64,000 nt of DNA from Minisyncoccia bacterium (GTDB lineage: Bacteria; Patescibacteriota; Minisyncoccia; Phycocordibacterales; UBA9973). The stretch is from the NCBI GenBank assembly GCA_965656375.1, contig CBFHKH010000001.1, positions 13,432 through 77,431 on the forward strand, given 5' to 3'. A program made the position numbers and the translations under genes. The notes below the pieces were generated by a model. The model was given only the letters and a program-made list of their open reading frames with translations, was not told the DNA's origin and made no database searches. This document shows positions 1-9,882 of the stretch, one piece after another (positions within the stretch are counted from its first letter, which is position 1; every line of letters begins with the position of its first letter).

Positions 1-1
1 A

Positions 2-505
2 TATCCAGATCGTGATGAAGGGGATTTGACGGCATATCGTTCAGCTCTCGTGAATGCCGTTATCATCGGTGAAGTTGCACATGAACTCGGAATGAACGAA
101 TACTTACTCCTCTCAAAAGGTGAAGCAAAAGACGCAGGTCGTGCACGCAGTTATATCCTCGCTAATACTTACGAAGCATATGTTGGTGCAGTGTATCTTG
201 ATCAAGGATATGATGTAGCTCAAAAATTTATTGCGCATACGTTGTTTGGCAAAATCGATATGATTGTTGCGAAGAAGCTCTGGCGTGATGCAAAGAGTCT
301 CATTCAGGAGAAAGCACAGGAACATCTGAATGTTACTCCATCATACAAGGTATTAAACGAGACAGGCCCTGATCATGATAAGCATTTTACTATTGGTGTA
401 TTTTTCGGTGATGAGTGTATTGCAGAAGGAAAAGGTAAGAGTAAGCAAGAGGCTGAGCAGATGGCTGCACGTAGCGCATTAGAAATTAAAGATTGGCTTG
501 ATTAA
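2..505 (+). CDS. rnc: Ribonuclease III, C-terminal part (5' end lies upstream of the window): catalytic-domain tail plus dsRBD
   Basis: The reading frame is open from position 2, and the tracked ORF begins at an internal TTG. Motifs YRSALVN...LGMNEYLLLSKGE and the dsRBD-like C-terminus (KQEAEQMAARSALE) match RNase III. The rnc-smc order is conserved. Confidence 0.85.
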   Translation, partial: YPDRDEGDLTAYRSALVNAVIIGEVAHELGMNEYLLLSKGEAKDAGRARSYILANTYEAYVGAVYLDQGYDVAQKFIAHTLFGKIDMIVAKKLWRDAKSLIQEKAQEHLNVTPSYKVLNETGPDHDKHFTIGVFFGDECIAEGKGKSKQEAEQMAARSALEIKDWLD

Positions 506-507
506 GT

Positions 508-2769
508 ATGACTCTTAAATCTCTCGAGCTTAATGGATTCAAATCATTCGGTAAAAAAGGTACTGTTTCTTTTACAACGCCGATCACTGCTGTAGTTGGT
601 CCGAATGGATCGGGTAAGTCTAACATCGTTGAATCTATTCGGTTCGTTTTAGGTGAACAATCAATGAAATCTCTTCGCGGAAAGGGTGGAGTTGATCTCA
701 TATTCAAGGGTTCGAAAGCGCTTTCACACAGCAATCACGCCCAAGTAACAATCACATTTGATAACAGCAAAAAGGTATTCTCTTTTACCAACAGTGGACT
801 TGGAGTATCTCTTGAGTACGATGAAGTGAGTATCTCCCGTGAAGTTTTTGCCGATGGAGCAAACAAGTATAGTATAAATGGTTCTGAAGTGCGTCTGAAA
901 GATGTGATTGATCTCCTTGCATCGGTTAACATCGGTAGTTCAGGACATCATATTATCTCTCAAGGTGAGGCAGATCGTGTGCTCAACGCTTCGAATAAAG
1001 ATCGACGTGCGATGATCGAAGACGCGCTTGGATTAAAAGTATATCAATATCGCATTAAAGAATCAGAACGGAAACTCGAGAAGACATTTTTAAATATGAA
1101 AGAGGTACAAGCGCTCCGTCGCGAGATCGCACCACACTTGGCATTTCTCAAAAAGCAGGTCCAAGTTGTAGAAAAAGCCCGTGCGATGCGCGAAGAGCTA
1201 GGGGGTCTTTACAAGTCGTATTTTTCCCAAGAAGCAGCGTATATTCAAAAAGAAACAAAGCGCCTTACCCACAACCGACGAGAACTTGATGAAAAAGGTC
1301 TTTCACTTGATGAGCGCATAGAGAAACTTCAAACAGAAAAGAGAGAAGACAAAGTCGAGAGCTCACACATCACAAAGATCAAAGAGTATGAAGGAGAAAT
1401 GTCTCTTTTACGTGCAAAAAAAGATGAACACGCACGTTCTCTTGGTCGTATCGAAGGAATCCTTGAAAGTCTTGAGCGGCAGCTTGCGAAAGTAGAAAAT
1501 ACTGAAGAACACATGCTCTCTCTATCAGAATGGAATACAATCGTGAATGATTTAGAAGAGCGTATAGACGCAGCATTGGAATCTGAGAATTTGGGTACCA
1601 TGATGCAGATTTTGCATTCGATGAAAGAAAAGTTGCACGCTCTTCACACAGATTCTACTCCGGTAAAACATACTGGAAATACAGAACTACAAACAGAATT
1701 TGATGAGCTCAAAGTCCAAAAAGCAAATCTCGTGGAGAGTATTGAACATATCAAAGAACAAGAGAAACATATTCAGGCCGAGATAGCTAATCTCCGCGCT
1801 CTTGAAAAAGAAGCAGAAGAGAATCTTCGCGATAGTGAGCGTGTACTCTACGAACTTCTTCGCGAAAAAAACGAAGTTACTTCTGATATGCATTCACTTG
1901 TATTTGAAGAAGAGAAGTTGGCAGGAATCAAGAATGCATTTGAAATAGAGATCGCGGAAGGAGGAGCGCTTATCGGGCGCGAGGCTCTTTCATATCTGCA
2001 GGTAAGCGTTGAAGGTGAAGTAACGAGAACTGTCCAAGAGGAGCTTCGTCGCAAAATTGAACGTATAAAGATCAAACTCGAAGATGCAGGAACGGGGAGT
2101 GGCGCTGAAATATACAAAGAATACGAGGACACCGAAGCACGCGACACATTTTTGGTAAAAGAAATCGATGATCTTACACAGAGTATTGAGTCTTTAAAAG
2201 TTCTTATTGGTGAATTAAAAGATACGCTTGATACGGAATTCAAAGGTGGTGTAGACAAGATCAACAAGCAATTCAACGAATTCTTCTCACTTATGTTCGG
2301 TGGTGGTAGTGCACATCTCTCTGTTGTCGTAGAGCATAAGCGCCAGAAGAAATCTGAAGATGAAGAGGACGAATCAATAGAGATAGATACTGACGATAGT
2401 GGGATCGAGCTTGAGCGGGGAATTGAAATCAATGTCACACTCCCGCAAAAGAAAGTCAAAGACTTGCATATGCTCTCTGGTGGCGAGCGCTCGCTTACTT
2501 CTATTGCACTTCTCTTTGCGATGTCCCAAGTGAATCCTCCACCATTCCTCGTGCTTGATGAGACGGATGCAGCTCTCGATGAGGCAAATTCTCGCAAATA
2601 CGGCAATATGTTAGAGAATCTATCCAAGTACTCCCAGTTGGTCGTCGTTACTCATAATCGCGAGACGATGTCACGTGCTCAAGTCCTGTACGGAGTCACT
2701 ATGGATTCCTCTGGAGTTTCAAAACTTCTTTCTATTCGTCTCGAAGACGCTAGCACGTACGCAAAATAA
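508..2769 (+). CDS. smc: SMC-family chromosome segregation ATPase, short form of 753 aa versus about 1,150 aa for the canonical protein
   Basis: The N-terminal Walker A segment LNGFKSFGK...VVGPNGSGKSNI is present. The C-terminal signature LSGGERSLTSIALLFA and Walker B FLVLDETDAALD are present. The internal region is predicted coiled-coil. The gene lies immediately downstream of rnc, as in many bacteria. Confidence 0.75.
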   Translation: MTLKSLELNGFKSFGKKGTVSFTTPITAVVGPNGSGKSNIVESIRFVLGEQSMKSLRGKGGVDLIFKGSKALSHSNHAQVTITFDNSKKVFSFTNSGLGVSLEYDEVSISREVFADGANKYSINGSEVRLKDVIDLLASVNIGSSGHHIISQGEADRVLNASNKDRRAMIEDALGLKVYQYRIKESERKLEKTFLNMKEVQALRREIAPHLAFLKKQVQVVEKARAMREELGGLYKSYFSQEAAYIQKETKRLTHNRRELDEKGLSLDERIEKLQTEKREDKVESSHITKIKEYEGEMSLLRAKKDEHARSLGRIEGILESLERQLAKVENTEEHMLSLSEWNTIVNDLEERIDAALESENLGTMMQILHSMKEKLHALHTDSTPVKHTGNTELQTEFDELKVQKANLVESIEHIKEQEKHIQAEIANLRALEKEAEENLRDSERVLYELLREKNEVTSDMHSLVFEEEKLAGIKNAFEIEIAEGGALIGREALSYLQVSVEGEVTRTVQEELRRKIERIKIKLEDAGTGSGAEIYKEYEDTEARDTFLVKEIDDLTQSIESLKVLIGELKDTLDTEFKGGVDKINKQFNEFFSLMFGGGSAHLSVVVEHKRQKKSEDEEDESIEIDTDDSGIELERGIEINVTLPQKKVKDLHMLSGGERSLTSIALLFAMSQVNPPPFLVLDETDAALDEANSRKYGNMLENLSKYSQLVVVTHNRETMSRAQVLYGVTMDSSGVSKLLSIRLEDASTYAK

Positions 2770-2798
2770 AACCACTCTTAAAGAGTGGTTTTATTTTG
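2767..2798. terminator. Bidirectional rho-independent terminator between convergent smc and the capA-vanY fusion
   Basis: A 10-bp stem, aaaccactct / agagtggttt, with a 3-nt loop is followed by ttttatttt. It overlaps both stop codons. Confidence 0.6.
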
Positions 2799-4430
2799 CG
2801 CTTCGTTCTCTTTTTTCTGTTTCAAGTATTCGTTTATTGTCTGACCACTTTTCCGTATCTCAAGAGCATTCTTAATACCGACATAGCGATAATGCCAGGC
2901 TTCGTACATGTAACCAGTGATATCTAACTTATTTTCTGGATAGCTTTGTACAAATCCATATTCATGTGCATGTTGTTCGAGCCACGTATCTTCTTTCGTA
3001 TCTTTGAATTTGATAGTTGCAGATGCATTTGCGATAGATGAACCTGTTAGATCAACAGCAACTCCGAGCTGGTGTTCTGAGTATCCTGGCTTTGCGACTG
3101 CAATTGTCGCATTTTTATTTCCGCTTTGTATGTTGCTTGCAAGTATTGCTTTCTGTGTAGCATAGCTTCTAAAGCCTGATGATGCTTTTATCGTACGCCC
3201 GTCTTTCTTTGCTGCCGCGACCATCGCACCCAACGCTTCCCGCGCTTCCTTTCGGAGACAGATAGAGGTTGTCGATGTACTCTTGTCGAGAAGTTCAAGA
3301 TCAGAAGGGATATACAGTGGTTCAGGTATTGCTACCGTTTGTCCCACATCAAGATATGTATAATCTAGATATTCTTTGTCAGGTTGCGGACACGCTCTTT
3401 TCCGTTCTGCTTCTGCTCGATCCTTGAATATGCCCTCAGGTTGGTATTTTTTGTTGAGTGTTATAACCTTGTGTTCTGTTTTTGTAAGCTCTTTGCCGAG
3501 ATATGTCGCTTGAAAGAGCATGCCTTCCATCGTGTCTTTTGAAAAATGCTGATCAAAGATGAAATTACCGAGTGAATAGACAATCGGCTTTCCTTTGTAT
3601 ATCTCAATATCTTCTATAACATGCGGATGATGTCCGATTACCATATCTGCACCGTTATCGATGGCAAGATGCGCAAGTACTTCCTGACGTATAGTATGGA
3701 TTTTCTTGTATTCCTCGCCCCAGTGGAAAGAAACGATAAGAACATCAGATTTTGCTTTTGCGTTTTTTAATATCTCTGGAAGCTGAGGATCACTTGCAAG
3801 CAATATTCCCGGTGTATCAGCTTTTGCAGCGATCCAGTCGGGACCGACATCAGAAAGTGCGATGAATCCGAATTTTATACCATTTCGCTCAATGAGCGTA
3901 GGCATCTCTGCCTCACTTTTTGTAAAACCTGCTCCAGCTTTCGCGATACCGATAGCATTCAATCGCGTAAGGGTATCTGTAAAGGCGGTCATGTTCCAGT
4001 CGCCGACATGGTTATTTGCAAACGATACAATATCAAAACCCGCATCCTTTAGTGCAGGGAGTACAATTGGATCCATGCGGAATGAATATTTACTACCAAC
4101 ATTGTTGCCTACATCAGATACATCACCTTCGAGGTTTGCAAAGAGGATATCGGCTTTTTTCAATTCACCGAGATGTGCGAAGAGTTTGCTATAGTCACCG
4201 CCGAAATTTTTTGTTACAGATGTACGCACAGAACGATCAAGCATGATGTCTCCCAAGAAGTAGAGAGTTGTTTCTTTTGGTAGGGGTGCTGGGATGATTG
4301 TTGTTTGTGAATTAATTACAGAAGCCTTCTGAGTATCTCCGTTAGGGAAGTACATATGCACCGCAAAGAATCCAATGATGAATCCTAGAGCAAGTACGCC
4401 GAGTATAAGTACTGTATGTTTCCTTTCCAT
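2778..4430 (-). CDS. Membrane-anchored fusion protein: N-terminal CapA/PGA_cap-type metallophosphoesterase domain plus C-terminal VanY-like (peptidase M15B) D-Ala-D-Ala carboxypeptidase domain
   Basis: There is an N-terminal TM segment. The region LYFLGDIMLDR...FANLEG...GHHPHV...YSLGNF resembles CapA. The C-terminal region SSGFRSYATQ...GYSEHQLGVAVDL...YEAWHYRYVG resembles the VanY/M15 zinc D,D-carboxypeptidase. Confidence 0.65.
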   Translation of the reverse strand: MERKHTVLILGVLALGFIIGFFAVHMYFPNGDTQKASVINSQTTIIPAPLPKETTLYFLGDIMLDRSVRTSVTKNFGGDYSKLFAHLGELKKADILFANLEGDVSDVGNNVGSKYSFRMDPIVLPALKDAGFDIVSFANNHVGDWNMTAFTDTLTRLNAIGIAKAGAGFTKSEAEMPTLIERNGIKFGFIALSDVGPDWIAAKADTPGILLASDPQLPEILKNAKAKSDVLIVSFHWGEEYKKIHTIRQEVLAHLAIDNGADMVIGHHPHVIEDIEIYKGKPIVYSLGNFIFDQHFSKDTMEGMLFQATYLGKELTKTEHKVITLNKKYQPEGIFKDRAEAERKRACPQPDKEYLDYTYLDVGQTVAIPEPLYIPSDLELLDKSTSTTSICLRKEAREALGAMVAAAKKDGRTIKASSGFRSYATQKAILASNIQSGNKNATIAVAKPGYSEHQLGVAVDLTGSSIANASATIKFKDTKEDTWLEQHAHEYGFVQSYPENKLDITGYMYEAWHYRYVGIKNALEIRKSGQTINEYLKQKKENEAQNKTTL

Positions 4431-4431
4431 A

Positions 4432-5121
4432 TTAGTTTGTAATAAGAGCAGGATCTAGGAATGTGTACCCTTGAGCCTCGATTATTTTTAATAAATCATC
4501 CAGGTATTTCGTCGTCCATTCATGCTCATGGAGGAGGATGATCTCACCCGGGTGGAGTGTGGATGTGACATTATTTATGAATTTTGTTTTATCTTTGGCA
4601 TCCTTCTCCCAATCTAGCGCCGAGCCTGACCAGTTCATCGATATCATACCTTCATTTTTGATGAGATCTTTGGCATATGGAGTGGTCATTCCGTAGGGCG
4701 CACGGAAGAATCGCGGCATCTGTCCTGTTTCTTTTTGTATGAGCGTATTCGTATCGTCGATTTCTTTTTTGATCTTGTTCTCTTTTTTCTCCTTTTTCAA
4801 ATTTATATGGCTCCAAGTGTGGTTGCCGATAGCAAAGCCATCTTTGAATTGAAACGCAATGTTGCCTTTGTTGCCCTTGTCGTGGATACCATTTATGAAA
4901 AATATTGCTTTTGCGTTGTGCATATTGAGGATCCGTACCATTTCTTTTCCGTACTTGCTCGGACCATCATCAATCGTGATAAGTACAACTCGTTTGTTGC
5001 CGTTAGGATCGTGCGGTATAAGGTTTACATTTTTATCGATAAAATACCCTGACGTACCCGCATGGAGAACGAAAGGGGAGAAAAGGAGGGCTATGGCAAG
5101 TGTCGTTGAGTATTTCTTCAT
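4432..5121 (-). CDS. Polysaccharide deacetylase of the NodB-homology / peptidoglycan GlcNAc deacetylase-like family, secreted
   Basis: The protein has a signal peptide. Motifs VLITIDDGP and the GNHTWSH histidine motif are present. Confidence 0.75.
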   Translation of the reverse strand: MKKYSTTLAIALLFSPFVLHAGTSGYFIDKNVNLIPHDPNGNKRVVLITIDDGPSKYGKEMVRILNMHNAKAIFFINGIHDKGNKGNIAFQFKDGFAIGNHTWSHINLKKEKKENKIKKEIDDTNTLIQKETGQMPRFFRAPYGMTTPYAKDLIKNEGMISMNWSGSALDWEKDAKDKTKFINNVTSTLHPGEIILLHEHEWTTKYLDDLLKIIEAQGYTFLDPALITN

Positions 5122-5124
5122 AGG

Positions 5125-7068
5125 TTAGAGAAGTGTGTAATCAATAGTTTTTTTGTTTCTATCAGCACCTTTTACTTTAAATTCTACAGTGTCGCCGAGT
5201 GTGTATTTTTTGTGTTTTTTCTGGCCTCTGATACTCATGTATTTCTTGTCGAATACATAATAGTCGTCATCGAGGTCACGCATGCGGATCATACCTTCAC
5301 ACTTTGTCTTTTTGTCTTCGATATAGAGCCCCCACTCGGTTACACCCGTAATGATACCTTCGAATTTCTGCCCAATACGAGTCGACATGTATTCTACTTG
5401 CTTGTATTTGATAGATGCACGTTCTGCTTCTGCAGCTTCTTTTTCTCGGCTCGATGCTTCGCTGCTCATCTCCTCGTACTCTCTCCAGCGTTCCTTTGGA
5501 ATGAGTTTGTCGTTTAGGAATGATGCCAGTAATCGGTGGACAATCACGTCAGGATAGCGGCGAATAGGGGAGGTAAAATGAGTATAGAATTTAAATCCGA
5601 GCCCGTAGTGTCCGATGTTTTTCGTAGAGTAGATAGCTTTTGCCATCGTCCGTATGATGATGCTATGCACGGTGTCGCGTAGAGGATTATGCTCAAGCTT
5701 ACCGATGAGCGCGTTAATCTCCTCGGATGGGATGACTCCGTCTTTAAGTTTTACGTTATAGCCAAGTTTCTTGAGAAATGTGACGAGGTCCTGCATCTTT
5801 TCCTTGTTCGGAGTATCGTGGATACGGTAGAGTACTACGCCTTGGACACCTTTTTTCTTTGTAGACATATATTCAGCGACGCGTCTGTTTGAAAGCAACA
5901 TAAACTCTTCGATCATTTTGTGTGTGTCGCCACGGGCTTTGGTGTATACCGAAATAGGAACTCCATTTTGATCGAGTTTGAATTTTACTTCTTCAGTTTC
6001 AAGAGATATTGCTCCTTCGGCAAATCGCTTCTTCAAAAGCTTTTTGGCAATTGCATTGAGCGTTGATAGTTCAGTAAAGAATTGACCTGTACCGTCATCA
6101 AGCACTTTCTGGGCGTTCTCATACGTAAAACGTTTATCTGAGTGTGTTACTGTTCGGCCGAACCACTGTCCATACACTTTTCCATCTTTATCCATCTCAA
6201 ATATGGATGAGAATGTAAGGCGATCGACATCGGGATTCAAGCTGCATAGCCCGTTGGAAAGTTCTTCTGGAAGCATCGGGATAGTGCGATCTACCAAGTA
6301 CACGGATGTCCCTCTACGACGAGCCTCGATATCAAGTGCGGTATTGTGTGTCACGTAGTGCGATACATCGGCGATGTGAATTCCAATTTCGAAATGCCCA
6401 TTCGGAAGCTTCTTGAAAGAAAGTGCATCATCGAAGTCTTTTGCATCTTCTGGGTCTATAGTGAATGTAGTTGTCGCTCGCATATCGCGACGACCCTTCA
6501 AATCTTTTTCTGTGATACCAGCTTCCGCAATCTTCTTTGCTTCTCTATCAACCGCTTGAGGGAAAAGCGCATCGAATCCTTTCTCAAGAGCAATAGCTTC
6601 CATCTCTGCATTGTGTTCCATCGGCATTCCGAGGATTTTTGTTACTTCACCGATCGGCGCTTTTTTCGCGTCTTTCCATTCCGTAATCGTTACGAATACT
6701 TTCTGTCCGATCTTTGCACCACCAAGTTTTTTCTCAGGTATGACGATATCAGCATACATCTTGAGATCTGATGGTATAAGGAAATACGTGTCGTGTTCAC
6801 GTTCGATGATTCCAGAAAAACCAACTTTTGACCTGCGGAGTACTTCTGATACTTCTCCACGGAGAGAGCCATCTTTTGCTTTCGGGTGGAGGAGGACTTT
6901 GACTGTATCGCCTTGGCATGCTGTGTGAAGGAAGGTATGCTCGACTTCAATGACATCATTGGTATGGGGTATGCGGACTGTGCCGACGCCCTTGTGGCTT
7001 ATATGCATTACACCCTCCATGTATCGTTCATGAGTGGGCTTTTTCTTGGTATTTTCTTTCTTTTTCAC
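5125..7068 (-). CDS. rnr: Ribonuclease R / exoribonuclease II family protein with an RNB domain and a C-terminal S1 domain
   Basis: The RNB-domain motif TIDPEDAKDFDDALS is present. There are N-terminal cold-shock/OB segments and a C-terminal S1-like region (GIITGVTEWGLYIE). Confidence 0.85.
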   Translation of the reverse strand: MKKKENTKKKPTHERYMEGVMHISHKGVGTVRIPHTNDVIEVEHTFLHTACQGDTVKVLLHPKAKDGSLRGEVSEVLRRSKVGFSGIIEREHDTYFLIPSDLKMYADIVIPEKKLGGAKIGQKVFVTITEWKDAKKAPIGEVTKILGMPMEHNAEMEAIALEKGFDALFPQAVDREAKKIAEAGITEKDLKGRRDMRATTTFTIDPEDAKDFDDALSFKKLPNGHFEIGIHIADVSHYVTHNTALDIEARRRGTSVYLVDRTIPMLPEELSNGLCSLNPDVDRLTFSSIFEMDKDGKVYGQWFGRTVTHSDKRFTYENAQKVLDDGTGQFFTELSTLNAIAKKLLKKRFAEGAISLETEEVKFKLDQNGVPISVYTKARGDTHKMIEEFMLLSNRRVAEYMSTKKKGVQGVVLYRIHDTPNKEKMQDLVTFLKKLGYNVKLKDGVIPSEEINALIGKLEHNPLRDTVHSIIIRTMAKAIYSTKNIGHYGLGFKFYTHFTSPIRRYPDVIVHRLLASFLNDKLIPKERWREYEEMSSEASSREKEAAEAERASIKYKQVEYMSTRIGQKFEGIITGVTEWGLYIEDKKTKCEGMIRMRDLDDDYYVFDKKYMSIRGQKKHKKYTLGDTVEFKVKGADRNKKTIDYTLL

Positions 7069-7131
7069 ATTCGAAGTATAGCATATAAATAGAGGCTTGA
7101 TTGATATATATGTTTATGGTAGGATAGCTCC

Positions 7132-7437
7132 ATGCTCAAAATTCGACTTCAGAGAATAGGACGCAAGAACGACCCAGCTTTCCGGGTTGTTTTAACTGAT
7201 TCCAAAAACGCTGCCAAGAGCGGAAAGTTCAAGGAAATCCTTGGTTCATACAATTTAAAGAGTGGAGAAGTGGTATTCAAGGCTGATCGTATAAAACAGT
7301 GGATCGGCAATGGCGCACAGACTTCTGACACAGTTCATAATTTCCTCGTAAAGCAAAAGCTCATCGAAGGAAAGAAGAAAAATGTATTGTCTAAAAAGAC
7401 CCCAACAAAATCACGTAAAGAACTAAAGAAAGCGTAA
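7132..7437 (+). CDS. rpsP: 30S ribosomal protein S16 with a Lys-rich C-terminal tail
   Basis: The N-terminus MLKIRLQRIGRKNDPAFRVVL is typical of S16. Confidence 0.9.
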   Translation: MLKIRLQRIGRKNDPAFRVVLTDSKNAAKSGKFKEILGSYNLKSGEVVFKADRIKQWIGNGAQTSDTVHNFLVKQKLIEGKKKNVLSKKTPTKSRKELKKA

Positions 7438-7440
7438 TAT

Positions 7441-7466
7441 AAAAGACCCCGAATGGGGTCTTTTAT
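7441..7466 (+). terminator. Rho-independent terminator after rpsP
   Basis: The hairpin aaaagacccc gaat ggggtctttt is followed by a T tract. Confidence 0.6.
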
Positions 7467-7560
7467 ATTGTATGTAGTCTTTTCATGATTGTGATATACT
7501 AGTACATGTGCAGGTTGTAGTCGATACACTGCGCAAATTACTATAAGACTATAAGATATT

Positions 7561-7905
7561 ATGGCAGACGATAAAGCATTCCTTGAATATATTGTAAAAG
7601 CATTAGTAGATAATCCGAACGATGTCGTGATCGACCGTACTGTAGATGAAATGGGTGTCCTCATCACTATGACAGTAAACGCCGCAGACATGGGTAAAAT
7701 CATCGGCCGACAGGGTAACACTGCAAAAGCGATCCGCACTCTACTACGAGTTATCGGTATGAAGAACAATGCCCGCGTAAACTTGAAGATCAACGAACCA
7801 GAAGGCGGCTCACAGGTAGACCGCACGCAATCTGCTCCTGCACTGTCACAGGGTGAAGCATCACGATCGGTCGATGCAGCACTCGAAGACTTGAAAGGAA
7901 TTTAA
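7561..7905 (+). CDS. KH-domain RNA-binding protein (KhpA/YlqC-like) with a roughly 35-aa C-terminal extension
   Basis: A GxxG-type KH motif, IIGRQGNTAKAIRTLL, is present. The position after rpsP is conserved. Confidence 0.7.
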   Translation: MADDKAFLEYIVKALVDNPNDVVIDRTVDEMGVLITMTVNAADMGKIIGRQGNTAKAIRTLLRVIGMKNNARVNLKINEPEGGSQVDRTQSAPALSQGEASRSVDAALEDLKGI

Positions 7906-7916
7906 TACACATATGA

Positions 7917-7950
7917 AAACGCCCCGCAATACTGCGGGGGTTTTTATTTT
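7917..7950. terminator. Bidirectional terminator between the KH gene and the convergent hypothetical gene
   Basis: The stem ccccgca / tgcgggg has a 3-nt loop. It is followed by a T run on the + strand and an A run on the - strand. Confidence 0.6.
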
Positions 7951-8360
7951 TACTCAAGATAATTTGCTGTGTCATCTGGGTCAAAATTTTCTCCCCAGTG
8001 TAGCCACTTTTCAAAAGTATTAAGAGGCGTGTGTCTGTCATAGTTGATCTTGTACTTCTTTGTAACTTCACAAAATAACATAATGCAACATTGTTCTAAA
8101 ATATCTATGCGAGGTTTCTTTTTCCCTGGTACAAGTTCCGTGTATTTGGGTCTATTAATATCCTGATACTTGTCCTCTTTTAGAGATTTTAAGTATAGAG
8201 AAAAGTGTGGAATTATAGTTGGACCGCCATAGTTTATCATTCTGTTCTTGTGGATTGCCGCTTCTTTGTAGGCAGATTGATATCCTGTAGTATCAAACGA
8301 TACCACTGTACAGAATCTTTTAAATAGATTGAGCATTGGCTCGCTTGTTTGTCTTTTCAT
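7950..8360 (-). CDS. Hypothetical 136-aa protein
   Basis: A complete ORF lies on the opposite strand, in the position where rimM normally sits. No motif was recognised. Confidence 0.4.
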   Translation of the reverse strand: MKRQTSEPMLNLFKRFCTVVSFDTTGYQSAYKEAAIHKNRMINYGGPTIIPHFSLYLKSLKEDKYQDINRPKYTELVPGKKKPRIDILEQCCIMLFCEVTKKYKINYDRHTPLNTFEKWLHWGENFDPDDTANYLE

Positions 8361-8436
8361 GTTGGTATAATTTTTCTTTTAATATACCTTAATTAATAGA
8401 AGTGTCAAATGTGGCCATTTATGATATAGTGGTCTC

Positions 8437-9114
8437 ATGAATTTTTATATCGTGACGTTATTCCCGGAAATGTTTGATTCATATCTGGGAGAGTCTATTT
8501 TGGGACGGGCGATTAAAGAGAAAAAGATTTCTGTGTCGTTTGCTAATCCGCGTATGTTCGTCTCTGGTAAATACAAAAAAGTCTGGCCTGATGGTAATGT
8601 CTCGCGCCAAATTGATGAGCGACCATATGCTGGCGGTCCAGGCATGGTTATGATGGCCGAACCGATTATTAAAGCCGTTGAGTCTATTACACACAAAATA
8701 GCAAAGAGAAAAAACAAAAAAGTTCTTGTTGTAAATTTCATCCCATCTGCGGAAAAATTTACGACGAAAGTCGCAAAGACTATTTCAAAAAAATATACTG
8801 ATGTAATACTTATCTGTGGCAGATATGAAGGGATAGATGCACGAGTTGATAAAATACTGAAGACCAAACAATTCTCAATCGGCGACTATGTGCTGACGGG
8901 GGGTGAAATTCCGGCCATGATTCTGATCGATTGTGTTTCTCGCCAAGTAGAGGGGGTTCTCGGAAATTTTGACTCTCGAGAAGAGGAGCGAGTATCTTCG
9001 AGTGAAGTATATACTCGACCAGAATTGATTATCCACCATAAAAAGAAGTATACCGTTCCTAAAGTACTTCTCTCTGGAGACCACAAAAAAATCAAGGCTT
9101 GGAAATCAAGATAA
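8437..9114 (+). CDS. trmD: tRNA (guanine37-N1)-methyltransferase
   Basis: The SPOUT/TrmD N-terminus FYIVTLFPEMF is present, together with the C-terminal motifs IDARVD and GGE. Confidence 0.9.
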   Translation: MNFYIVTLFPEMFDSYLGESILGRAIKEKKISVSFANPRMFVSGKYKKVWPDGNVSRQIDERPYAGGPGMVMMAEPIIKAVESITHKIAKRKNKKVLVVNFIPSAEKFTTKVAKTISKKYTDVILICGRYEGIDARVDKILKTKQFSIGDYVLTGGEIPAMILIDCVSRQVEGVLGNFDSREEERVSSSEVYTRPELIIHHKKKYTVPKVLLSGDHKKIKAWKSR

Positions 9115-9200
9115 CGCCACGAACTATATGTTTATAAAGTGTGGATAACCGTAATCTCTTTGTGTTGCTAAATATGCACATATCTGGGATACTAAAGTAT

Positions 9201-9860
9201 ATGAAAAAGTCACATATTAAATTCGCCTTAAAAAGTATTGGGATTTCGACACTAATAGTCACACTTTTTGTTCAAGTCCTATACGTTGCATTTGAACCAA
9301 CAACAGTTAAAGCTGCATCCGTTACAGATGCTATTCTTGTTACTTTGACAGTAGACTCCGGAATAGCAATCACATCACCAGCAGACTGTGCACTTACTCC
9401 AAATATCAGCATTACTGCAAATAGTGCAATATGCAGCTCAACATGGAATGTTAAGACAAACCATGCTACAGGGTACACACTTGCTATCAAAGCTCAAGCG
9501 TCACCAGCACTTGTAAGTGGAGGAAATAGTTTTGCCGACTATACGCCAGCTGTAGCAGGAACTCCAGAACTCTGGTCAGTAGGTTCAGGAGCTAAGGAGT
9601 TTGGTTACTCTGTATTTGGTACTGATTCATCTACTGCAACATGGGGTACGTCTCTTTCATGTGGAACATCAGGAACTCCTGCTGCTGCTCAGAAATATCG
9701 AGATACAACAACAAGTGATGTTACTGTAGCTACACGTGCTGTCCCTACTCCATTTGCAGGTATTGATACTACATTCTGTGGTGCAGCTGCTCAAAATGGT
9801 ATCTACGCTGCAGCAGGATCATACCAAGCGACTATAACTGCGACCGCAACTGAAATATAA
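9201..9860 (+). CDS. Secreted beta-rich surface protein, WxL-domain-like (paralog 1)
   Basis: Start chosen at the internal ATG, which precedes a signal peptide (KFALKSIGISTLIVTLF). W-x-V motifs STWNV / ELWSV are followed by GYTLAIKAQASPAL. The C-terminal strand AGSYQATITATATEI resembles the terminal WxL strand. It is paralogous to the 10871-11647 protein. Confidence 0.5.
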   Translation: MKKSHIKFALKSIGISTLIVTLFVQVLYVAFEPTTVKAASVTDAILVTLTVDSGIAITSPADCALTPNISITANSAICSSTWNVKTNHATGYTLAIKAQASPALVSGGNSFADYTPAVAGTPELWSVGSGAKEFGYSVFGTDSSTATWGTSLSCGTSGTPAAAQKYRDTTTSDVTVATRAVPTPFAGIDTTFCGAAAQNGIYAAAGSYQATITATATEI

Positions 9861-9882
9861 TTTTAGTTACGACTATTAACCT

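Noticed and set aside
508-2769. Alternative call of RecN for the 753-aa ABC ATPase
   Set aside because: Its position directly after rnc, its N-terminal FKSF...GPNGSGKSN motif, and its length exceeding RecN (about 550 aa) favour a shortened SMC.
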